Assembly: GCA_040437565.1 (NCBI GenBank)
Contig: JBDOQK010000014.1
Location: 186,001 to 250,000, forward strand
DNA: 64,000 nucleotides
DNA from: Albugo candida
Lineage: Eukaryota
Reading direction: 5' to 3'
Part shown: positions 23,892 to 34,590 of the stretch, piece after piece
Numbering within the stretch: the stretch's first letter is position 1
How the letters are laid out: each line of letters starts with the position of its first letter
Notes under the pieces: generated by a model
The model's input: the letters and a program-made list of their open reading frames with translations, nothing else
The model's database searches: none
Told to the model about the DNA's origin: nothing
Program-made: the position numbers and the translations under genes

Positions 23892-24740
23892 AACACAGGT
23901 GCAACAGCTGCAAAGTTCGCTCAAGACCTCATGCTTCTGAATGGATTAGAAGCACTACATTTCTGGCACAAAGTTTATCGATAGAAATATACATGGCATA
24001 GCGATTTGAAATATTAATCACGTCTTTAATCTTAAGTTTCAACGACGACTTTGCGGGAGCACTTGTTCAGATTTCAGAGCACAACTTATGGAGTGGCTTC
24101 TGCTTTGCCTGGCTCATATGGGCTACTTTCCGAATTTGTTTCCTGCTGTGTTGCTGCATTCTCCGTGGGATGCTTCTTCTGGCTTCCTTCACTCTCATTC
24201 TCAACTTTGCTTTTGTCAATAGGTTCTTGTTGCGTTGCTGTATGCTCAGCAGGATCCNNNNNNNNNNNNNNNNNNNNNNNNNNNNNNNNNNNNNNNNNNN
24301 NNNNNNNNNNNNNNNNNNNNNNNNNNNNNNNNNNNNNNNNNNNNNNNNNNNNNNNNNAAGTTACTTGGCTCCCATTTCGCACAATACGCACTCAATTTAT
24401 GTCGGACGTATGAATACAAAAAAGATGTCAATGAATGGAAAGCACACTTCACCAAGCAAAAGAAAATTTCAGAGCAATTTGAGAGCGTCTTGGCCGACGA
24501 ACCTTTACCAACACCAAAAAGGAAACGAACGAAGAAGTGCACTTGAAACACAGGTGCAACAGCTGCAAAGTTCGCTCAAGACCTCATGCTTCTGAATGGA
24601 TTAGAAGCACTACATTTCTGGCACAAAGTTTATCGATAGAAATATACATGGCATAGCGATTTGAAATATTAATCACGTCTTTAATCTTAAGTTTCAACGA
24701 CGACTTTGCGGGAGCACTTGTTCAGATTTCAGAGCACAAC

Positions 24741-27700
24741 TTATGGAGTGGCTTCTGCTTTGCCTGGCTCATATGGGCTACTTTCCGAATTTGTTTCCTG
24801 CTGTGTTGCTGCATTCTCCGTGGGATGCTTCTTCTGGCTTCCTTCACTCTCATTCTCAACTTTGCTTTTGTCAATAGGTTCTTGTTGCGTTGCTGTATGC
24901 TCAGCAGGATCCTTCTTCTGATTTCCTTGGCTCTCATTCTCAACTTTGCTTTTGTCAACAGATTCTTGTTGCGTTGCTGTATGCTCGGCAGGATCCTTCT
25001 TCTGACTTTCTTGGCTTTCATTCTCATCTTTGATTTCTTGCTGGGGTGGCGTATTGTCAGTCGGGGAAGGATCACATTCAACATCCAACTCATATGATTC
25101 GTCTTGGTTGTCATTCGATGGTGGTTGTTCAGGTGCTTTTGTACTTTCCTTCTCCGTTGTTTCGCAATCCAGTTCGCCTGGGGACACGCAATCTAATTCA
25201 TCCGGGGTCACACAGTCTAGTTGATCCGGGGTCACACAATCTAATTCGTTATGGGTGTCGCAATCCAGCTGTGCTTCTGGGGTACAATCCAAATCACCAG
25301 GCGGTGTCGCTGTCACTCCAGCATCAGGCGGAANNNNNNNNNNNNNNNNNNNNNNNNNNNNNNNNNNNNNNNNNNNNNNNNNNNNNNNNNNNNNNNNNNN
25401 NNNNNNNNNNNNNNNNNNNNNNNNNNNNNNNNNCTGTATGCTCAGCAGGATCCTTCTTCTGATTTCCTTGGCTCTCATTCTCAACTTTGCTTTTGTCAAC
25501 AGATTCTTGTTGCGTTGCTGTATGCTCGGCAGGATCCTTCTTCTGACTTTCTTGGCTTTCATTCTCATCTTTGATTTCTTGCTGGGGTGGCGTATTGTCA
25601 GTCGGGGAAGGATCACATTCAACATCCAACTCATATGATTCGTCTTGGTTGTCATTCGATGGTGGTTGTTCAGGTGCTTTTGTACTTTCCTTCTCCGTTG
25701 TTTCGCAATCCAGTTCGCCTGGGGACACGCAATCTAATTCATCCGGGGTCACACAGTCTAGTTGATCCGGGGTCACACAATCTAATTCGTTATGGGTGTC
25801 GCAATCCAGCTGTGCTTCTGGGGTACAATCCAAATCACCAGGCGGTGTCGCTGTCACTCCAGCATCAGGCGGAAGTCCTGCTGATGCTCCCGATGATGGT
25901 ACAGGATTTGGTGGTTGGTTGGATTCCCCGTTTGCATCTGGTGGATTTGATAATTCGCTAAGAGTTGGAGATGAATTAGATTGTGGTGCTGGAGGATATG
26001 TTGATGTCGGTGGAGTTGTTTCGGATTCAGGAACTGATGTGGAAGTCGATAGAGATGTATCAGATTCAGTAACAGCTGCAGGTGTCCCAGCTCCAGACGC
26101 GACTTCAGGTGTCCCAGCTCCAGCCCCAACTTCTGATGTAGGAGCGGGAGATGGTGGTGTTCCTGTTGAATCAGGCAATCCTGAAGATCCCGAAGATATT
26201 GGTGAGGTAGCGGGAGACGATGTTAATTCTGTCTGCCCGGAGATTTCTGGTACAGTCGTTCCGGGTGTGGTTCCTGATTGTGTCTCACAATCCATCTCAT
26301 CCTTTTTCTCCGTCTCACAATCCATCTCTTGCTTCTTTTCCGTCTCACAATCCATTTCTTGCTTCTTCTCCGTCTCACAATCGAGCTCGTCCTTCTTTGG
26401 AGTCTCACAGTCTAGATCGTCAGTCTTATCCGCATCTACGCAATCAACGTCCATTCCTGGACTATCGTCTCCGTCGTCAGTATACAATTCATCCTCCTTA
26501 CTCTCCTTTTCCCCACCGACTCCAGACTCTTTGTCTCCCCCATCGCCTTCCGTCTCTTTGTCTCCCCCATCGCCTTCCGTCTCTTTGTCTCCCCCATTGC
26601 TTTTAGTCTCGTTACCTTGAACATCTTCAGTCTCTTTGCCTCCACCGTCTCCAGACTCTTTGTCTCCCCAATCGCCTTCCGTCTCTTTGCCTCCACCGTC
26701 TCCGGACTCTTTGTCTCCCCCATCGCCTTCCGTCTCTTTGTCTCCCCCACTACCTTTAGTCTCGTTACCTTGAACATCTTCAGTCTCTTTGCCTCCACCG
26801 TCTCCGGACTCTTTGTCTCCCCCATCGCCTTCCGTCTCTTTGNNNNNNNNNNNNNNNNNNNNNNNNNNNNNNNNNNNNNNNNNNNNNNNNNNNNNNNNNN
26901 NNNNNNNNNNNNNNNNNNNNNNNNNNNNNNNNNNNNNNNNNNCTCTTTGTCTCCCCCATCGCCTTCCGTCTCTTTGTCTCCCCCACTACCTTTAGTCTCG
27001 TTACCTTGAACATCTTCAGTCTCTTTGCCTCCACCGTCTCCAGACTCTTTGTCTCCCCAATCGCCTTCAGTCTCTTTGCCTCCACCGTCTCCGGACTCTT
27101 TGTCTCCCCAATCGCCTTCCGTCTCTTTGCCTCCAACATCTTCAGTCTCTTTGCCTCCACCACCTTCAGCCTCTTTAACTCCCCCACCATCTCCAGCCTC
27201 GTTGTCTCCACCGTTCTTATTCTGGTCGTCTCCTCCGCCTACAGTCCCGTTGCTTTCTCCACTCACAATATCCTCCAAGTTTGATTCGCCAGAGAAATCA
27301 ATCAGCTTTTCCTTTTTGAGTGGAACGGTTGGGTTCGCGTTCCCATTGTTTTTGCTTCCGTCTTCTACGCCACCATATTGGAGCTTCCGAGATACCTCAC
27401 CAAGTCTAGATGTATACTTGGCAGAATTATAAGGATTACACGACTGACTTGTAACATAAGGAATGCAAGATTCATGATAGCTTTCACCGCTTCGCATGTC
27501 TCGAAGATTGTCTCGCTTCAAATGAAGTTCCAGTCTTAGGACACATCTTTCCGAGGCTCTACAAATCTTTGAAGGGATATCAACTCTCACATGAGCACCA
27601 TGATTCCCATTATAGCTCCTCACAANNNNNNNNNNNNNNNNNNNNNNNNNNNNNNNNNNNNNNNNNNNNNNNNNNNNNNNNNNNNNNNNNNNNNNNNNNN

Positions 27701-28292
27701 NNNNNNNNNNNNNNNNNNNNNNNNNAGGATTACACGACTGACTTGTAACATAAGGAATGCAAGATTCATGATAGCTTTCACCGCTTCGCATGTCTCGAAG
27801 ATTGTCTCGCTTCAAATGAAGTTCCAGTCTTAGGACACATCTTTCCGAGGCTCTACAAATCTTTGAAGGGATATCAACTCTCACATGAGCACCATGATTC
27901 CCATTATAGCTCCTCACAATATCGAGTTGATCTTGATTGGTGAAGACGACGCCTCTCTTTGTGGCACTACCCTGTGCAAAAAATGAGACTAAATTGCCAA
28001 TTCCCGGTGTTTTAATGTCAAGTGTGACTGCTGTTTTCTCACAAAAGATCATTGGGTCGACCCATTTCATCCCACCGCAACCATTGTCAGGATTACAGAA
28101 TTCAGATTCAGAGGTATTTTCATGTGTTCGCTGAAGCTTTCGGAGACTCGGCTGCTCAACTTCCTCGCAGGTTTTGTTCCATACGTTGATTTTAAGCGTT
28201 GTCTGCAAGTGTTTGTCACTAGATTTACTTTGAGCGAATTGTGAGTACGCTACCATCACTAACACGGAGTAGTATGGCAGTAGCTTCATCAT
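24741..28292 (-). CDS. Large secreted acidic repeat protein of unknown function
   Basis: Signal-peptide-like MMKLLPYYSVLVMVAYSQFAQS, a Cys-containing domain, GGDKETEGD-type repeats, (E/D)LDC(E/V)T repeats, an S/T/P-rich linker and three ~28-aa C-terminal repeats. One ORF once the three gap overlaps are removed. Confidence 0.8.
26510..27200 (-). repeat. Coding tandem repeats (~24-27 nt units, GGDKETEGD / GGGKETEDV)
   Basis: Repeated TCTCTTTG(T/C)CTCC units seen directly. Interrupted by a gap, so copy number is uncertain. Confidence 0.9.
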
Positions 28293-28821
28293 TTGTATTC
28301 GAAAATAATAAACGATCAAATTCGATAGCTATCTCTTCACACAAATTGAAATATGAGCCAAAATCGATGGATTAAGGACACACGTTGCATTGGAGTGATG
28401 AGTAGACATTTGGGTGTCTTTTCCTCCCTAGTGATCAGCATATGAGTATGTGACTATTGTCAGGAACGTTAAGAAACGTGTCGATTTCTAATTCAATGAG
28501 CTTTGACATACAGGGTGAATCCAGCTCATTTCTTACGCAGGTAAAAAAAAATTATGTACCAAGTACCGAAGTCTGTCTTCCAAATTACGAAAGGGTACTT
28601 TGGTGACGCACGATGACGTGGAAACAAACAAGCACGGAGTTAGTCATCGAATGCACGGATGCTCCTTACACGGGTATCCTTTAATCCACTACGTACAAAA
28701 GCTGACTTAGTTTTGCTTTTTCATTGGACCGCAAGCACTGTACAGAGGTAATTACAGCAAGATCCGTTTTTCTATTGGTTTCTTATACTTGAGTGTCGAT
28801 GAGTAGAGACTCGACATCGAG

Positions 28822-30283
28822 CTATTCCTTCATATAAGTATCCATTTCATTATCCAAGTCTTGCATCGACTTTGAGCTAAAGTAACATTCCGCTGAGAAT
28901 GCGTCCGAAAATGAGCTCAAATTGGAGAGCGGAGAACGCACCTTTGTCCGTGCTGTACACGACCACTTCGACCTGCACTTCGACCTCCACCTCGACCTCC
29001 ACCGCGACCACCGCGCTTTCCTCTACACCACAAACGACAGTATGCTTCGTCAATGCCTGCCGTGAAGTAGAAGTCAGCTTTGACATAACGCACCCGATGT
29101 TCACTTTAAAATGCACGTCTCGGTCGACAGTCTTGTTAAGTGCTGTTCCAAAAAGACCTTCGCGGACATTTGTATCATTGTCTAGCGCAATTTGCATTGG
29201 TTGACCGTCCAATGTGCGTCCTAATGAGGACGGCCAAGACGTTAGGTCTGAAACAGGCTGACAATTCTATAAAGTCTGAGGCTTCCTCGCTCACCATCGT
29301 ATTGCTTGATAGCTTTCTCAGCATCGCTTCTCCGGCCAAACCAAACACGAGCAACTCCTTTGGATCTTCCAGAACGATCGTATACGATCTCTGCTTTGGT
29401 GACTTGACCAACAGTATTAAAAAGTTCACGGACGTCATCCTCCAATATATCAAATTTAAGGTTCTTGACGAATATCTTCGTGCCCGTGTTACTTGTATCC
29501 GGTCCTCCCAATCGTGATAAAATCGAGCCTGATTAAAACAATGAAAACATAATGAAAACGATGCCGCTTCTTGAGATTGTGAACAAAGATATCCAAAGTC
29601 CACGGCGTTCCAGCAAAGCGGCTTGCACATATCATCCTCTCTATCTATCCTGACTTTTTATACAAAGAGGCATGCAACAACGCGCTTCTAGTACTCAAAT
29701 CCACGATCGATATGGCGCAAGACACAGCTTTCTAATCCGAGGGGAGGTGAAGTGGCAATGCTAGCGGCTTGTTGTGATGGAAACGCTTGGACATTTGTAC
29801 TTCTTGTTTCAATAATAAAATAGAGCACCAACCTTTTTTATTCTCTCTTGGAACCGGTCGTTTGACAACAATCGCTCGTTTCTTGTTCACAATGGTCGCA
29901 CGTCTAGTAGTAACTTTGTTCACTGCATCGTCTTGATCATCATCAACGTCCATAGTGGTATCCTCACCAACATTCTAACCATTCGATGTCGTTGTGAAAA
30001 GAAACACAAAAGAAGGTTCAGCTTCCAGTTTCATTGACTTTTGTACATCATTTGATGAAGTAACTTTGAGAGGTTGATGACTTACATGTCTTGCATAAGG
30101 TTGATTGGTTCGGCGAACACGATCTCTCCGACCTTTTCTGATGGGCCCAATAGATCCCTGCCGTCCACCACGTCTTTCTATTTTATCAGGACGTGCGTCT
30201 GGGTTCTGAGGGGATTTCTTTTTTTTACTCGCTATCAAATCATCCAAACTCATATCCAACGAAGATAGTAGTGACGAAGCCAT
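28822..30283 (-). CDS. ALYREF: mRNA export adaptor ALY/REF (THO complex subunit 4), multi-exon
   Basis: N-box LDMSLDDLI. RRM TKIFVKNLKFDILEDDVRELF...YDRSGRSKGVA...AIKQYDG, intron, RTLDGQPM. RGG-rich stretch. C-box MQDLDNEMDTYM-KE-stop. Middle exons not fully resolved. Confidence 0.88.
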
Positions 30284-30368
30284 TCTTTCTATGTGGAAAA
30301 CTGCCCCCTCTTCGTAGAGGCGCGCAAAAACCGGTTTTGAATTGGGGCAAATCAGTGAATTGCTCAGC

Positions 30369-31758
30369 ATGGATCAGCGTCGTTCAATGCTTCTCGCTCT
30401 TTTGGTAAGTCTGTTCTCTTTGACAGTGTCAAATGAAGAGCGAAGCTTCTCGCGCCATGTCCCTTTGATTCTCTGGTCCCCTACCTCGTACGTATTGATC
30501 CTTTATCCCACGCTAATTTGGCCCTAAATGCGCAACTGCGATTTTATCAGAGTCTTCATGAAGCAAAGTCGATATGTTGCAACTCGCTTGGATGATCATG
30601 AAGTTATATCCGTTTTCAAGAATTTGATGAGATACCCATCCGAAAGAGCGGTATGTACTAGGGAGTATTCGGAACCATTCACTAACATTTAATGTCACAT
30701 GGCAAGTCTGAACCGCTGGGGTCATTCAGCGACAATAATAGCGAGATTCTGTGCTTATTTTTGTTTCCAAGACTATACACAGATGAGCTGTCATCTTTTC
30801 GTGATATGCAAAAAGCGAGCTCTTCNNNNNNNNNNNNNNNNNNNNNNNNNNNNNNNNNNNNNNNNNNNNNNNNNNNNNNNNNNNNNNNNNNNNNNNNNNN
30901 NNNNNNNNNNNNNNNNNNNNNNNNNATACCCATCCGAAAGAGCGGTATGTACTAGGGAGTATTCGGAACCATTCACTAACATTTAATGTCACATGGCAAG
31001 TCTGAACCGCTGGGGTCATTCAGCGACAATAATAGCGAGATTCTGTGCTTATTTTTGTTTCCAAGACTATACACAGATGAGCTGTCATCTTTTCGTGATA
31101 TGCAAAAAGCGAGCTCTTCAGTCGAAGACTTTGTACAGCAGGCCAAATCGTCCATCGTCGCACCGTACACGATTCGTTCGAAATCTATCATAAAACTGCT
31201 CGCAGAACACAACGCAGTCACCTTGTCGATAGACGAAGTTAATGTACGCGTATTTGGATTCTAGCTGTGCAACTGAACTTATCGTCGCGCCTTTAGGACT
31301 TTTTGGAAACTGATGAAGCCAAGGCAATGTCCTCAAACAACAAAAGAGATTTTCTGCTCGTGAAAATACGTGAAGATATGACTCGTATTGAGGCTGACTC
31401 ACTTATCAAGTCTACAGCAGACTCCATCACCAAATTCACCGAAAATCGAGTTGATTTTGCTTTGACAAGCGACCATAGCACGGACTATAATCGAGAAGGC
31501 TCTCAACTACCCTGGCAGTCTCGTCGTCTCGACCAACCTGCTAGATTGCAATGTGAATCGGGCTATATTCTGGGTGGCTCTCACGACAAGCCATTTTGTT
31601 TCTCTCGTTATGTGCACATGACACCTGAGATTCTGGCTGGCATCTTGATCGGATTTTTCTTTGTTCTGTTACTTTACGTTGGCATTGGTGCTATGCACAG
31701 TCTTCAGACTCCCACACGTTATCCAACGCATGGACCACCGAAAGGAAAGGAATTTTAA
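30369..31758 (+). CDS. V-ATPase accessory subunit S1 / Ac45 (Voa1-like) type I membrane protein, multi-exon
   Basis: Signal peptide MLLALLVSLFSLTVS then VPLILWS. C-terminal MTPEILAGILIGFFFVLLLYVGIGAMHSLQTPTRY resembles the Ac45/Voa1 TM segment. Gap overlap at 30826-30925. Confidence 0.7.
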
Positions 31759-33106
31759 CACCAGAAATAAAAGCTAATAAGAATTTGTTTAGTGAATATG
31801 GTATCTTAGCCATCGATGCGTGACAAAAACTCGAAGTCGAAGGCTATAATCGCCGAGGTAAAAGAAAAGAAGCAACCATAGGAATTAGTGATATATAGAG
31901 CGTCGGTAAAGCTTGTCTTGTACAGCAAGAGATTTTTGGAACGGCCTCGTAACTAGTAGCTCTCTAAAGTCATCGGCAGAAACCAAGTTACGGAAGCAAT
32001 CCGGTATTATCTCGGCAAACTTATACTGTCTTTTCCACAATGAATGACCTTACTGTGGCAGTGTCTGAGATAGTGATCCAGTTTCGTGTTCAAAACGAGC
32101 GCAGACGCGTCGAAAACGGCAACGATCGTGGATAAGGACGGTTAACCCCACAGGAGAATGTTGCTGGATACTGATTTAAGACGATTAGTGTAGCGATTAT
32201 ATCCGTGGCTCAGCAATTGATCACTGAGATGTGTGTTAAGTCTGTGACCTTTGTTGATATCTATGCCGTTCATACTGGGGACTGGAAATTGATGTTTGAC
32301 TCGAAGACTCTATTCCTATGGCATCTTTCTTCGAAACTTTGGGCAGACCTTACTCTTGAAGTTTATGTCATTCAAATTATCCGGTAGGTTTTCTTGTTGC
32401 TAGAGCTTAGCTATGAGTGCGTGGTTGATATTCGCAAACAGCCTACCATGTAGATAGAAATGGACTACCCGTGTTGAATGTGTGGAGTCATTTCTCGTCG
32501 CGACGATGTGCTGCACCACGCTCGCCATGGTCGGATCTACGTCTCCCTGAAGCCCGGCAAGCGACGACGTGGACACTGCGCAAGGTCCTTCCAGACAAGC
32601 GCGTTGACGCAGAAGATGCCGTGCGGCTGATAGCCTTAGTGGCGGTGACACAGAGCATAGACATCGTCGGTTCGGTTTTGTTATATAGAGAGTACTCTGT
32701 AAGCAATTAACGCGTAGTTGCAAGATGATAGTGCTACGTTCACCATCGATCGTTTAGCTTGCAAATTCTAGCTCCTTGCACTATGATTACTGCACTGTTG
32801 ATGCTTGTAGCAGCAAAATTCTTTAGAAGCTAGAGTCATCATAATTTACTGTCTGAGTACAACATTTATCAGCCATCACTATTTGCTGTCATCCTCGTTC
32901 TTATACAGCTCACACCTAATTGGTATGGGTGTCTTAGATAAGCGTTATCAAGCTGAATAGGCGGTGGAGTCAATTACCGGCTATGTATGATCACATGCGG
33001 TACCTCATATCTGATAGTGAAAGGCACTGCGAAGTAATTTCTTGCAATAATCAGTGCATCATTGGTCCTGTCTTCTAGGTTCGCACGGTTAAGTACTTAC
33101 TGAACA

Positions 33107-33764
33107 ATGGGTCGGTACACGACAGTGCAGACATACACGGATCAGGATGCAAAAGTGGCTACCATTTCATACTCCGTGGAAACTTCAGTCGAACCAAATG
33201 CTCTAGCGAACAAAAATGCGAATGAAAAGGCTCACAAAGACGTTAAGAACAGCGATGAGAGATTTCACTTCAATCGAGTGGATAATGTGCTGGGTAGCTC
33301 TGCTGGCGCCGGAAGTGGCGAGTTCCACGTATATCGAGCATCCAGAAGAAGGTACTTTACAAATAAGCTAACTGCGTATACGAAACTCATATGTGAGGTA
33401 ATTGTTATCAAGAGAAATGGAACGTGTAGCAAAGATGGAGAAGGAACATCAGCGGAAGGTAGAAGAAGAGGAATTTGTAAGAAAGCGGTTGCAAAATATC
33501 GCAGAATTTGAATCTCGTGTTCAAAAGAAAGCAAAGCGACGGAGATTACGAAAAGATAGAGCTAAAAATCGACAGGTGAAGCAATCTGTTCCGGGTGACT
33601 CTACGAAGCAACACGATGACCAGCTTACTAATGTGATTGACGGACAAAACTGCAAAAAAACTATCAAACAAAATGGTACAGCCGAAGATGAGTTGCACCT
33701 AACTTCCAAAGATGATCCCTCATCAGTCGAAATAATTGAACTCGACAGTACACTTGTGCCATAG
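33107..33764 (+). CDS. PRKRIP1: PRKR-interacting protein 1 homologue (DUF1168, spliceosome-associated)
   Basis: VDNVLGSSAGAGSGEFHVYRASRRR, intron 33352-33412, then EMERVAKME and a charged coiled coil. Confidence 0.9.
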
Positions 33765-34431
33765 CAACAATCAAGTTGTGGATCTATGAATGCGCCTATT
33801 GCATTCGAGGCATCATGATGATGAAGTAACAAACCTCACACATCCGTAGATTTGAAGTTGGAAAGAGCACACCGTAATCAACTTCTGAATAACGCAATTA
33901 AATGCATGTGACTTCACAGATAGTCTTTTTTGAATTTTCATCTCATGTCCGAGTATTCTGACTGTATGATGTGGCAGAATGAGTGCTAAATACATGGGAT
34001 GGTAATCTTCAAAGGAAACGATCAAACTAGTATTTCAATCTCTCAAGTTGACGTTAGTAGAACGAGAAAGCTTCGCCTTGCAATATCGGGAGAATGGAGA
34101 GGAGACATCGATCAGATTCTTCTTTCCCGCTTCGTCTACCGTTGTTATTTTCCCCCGTATCTCTTGCTTGTGCCAAGCACATTATCTTTTATGATCTACA
34201 GAATGTAATACTGATTAACTGCTCGTGATATTTCACAGCATATATCAATTGTATGTCAGAGGCTCATTTGTATATTTAAGCAAAGGGCTGACTACGTCAT
34301 CTTGCGGGTGCATCGCGCTTCGATCAAGTCCTCTGCGCAATTTGCAACCTAATATGCGCCAAAAAGTTGAATATGCATTACTCACCGTCACTCTAGGATC
34401 GATCAAAGGTGCTAACAGATCAGCAAAACAT

Positions 34432-34590
34432 TGATGCGTGTTATGTGTATCTTTTACAGACAAGGTATTTGACATAACTAGCGATAAATGATCTTAATAC
34501 ACGCACTTTACTTTTCTCGAAAATTAGGTCGAAGCAGATCCCGAGCAATAATAGAAGGAAATCTACTAATAGAAACCACAGAGGATATCA
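34432..34590 (+). repeat. 5' LTR of Gypsy element (~160 bp)
   Basis: TGATGCGTGTTATGTGTAT...AAGCAGATCCCGAGCAAT...CACAGAGGATATCA is a diverged direct repeat of 40631-40802. Confidence 0.85.

Noticed and set aside
24086..24740. Tandem duplication of the NOP9 3' end and of the secreted protein C-terminus
   Set aside because: The copies flank an N gap and are almost identical. Best explained as a contig or haplotype overlap.
25796..27432. Plus-strand Pro/Ser-rich ORFs (extensin-like)
   Set aside because: Antisense shadows of the repetitive minus-strand gene.
27433..27918. Internal domain duplication in the secreted protein
   Set aside because: Identical sequence either side of the gap at 27626-27725.
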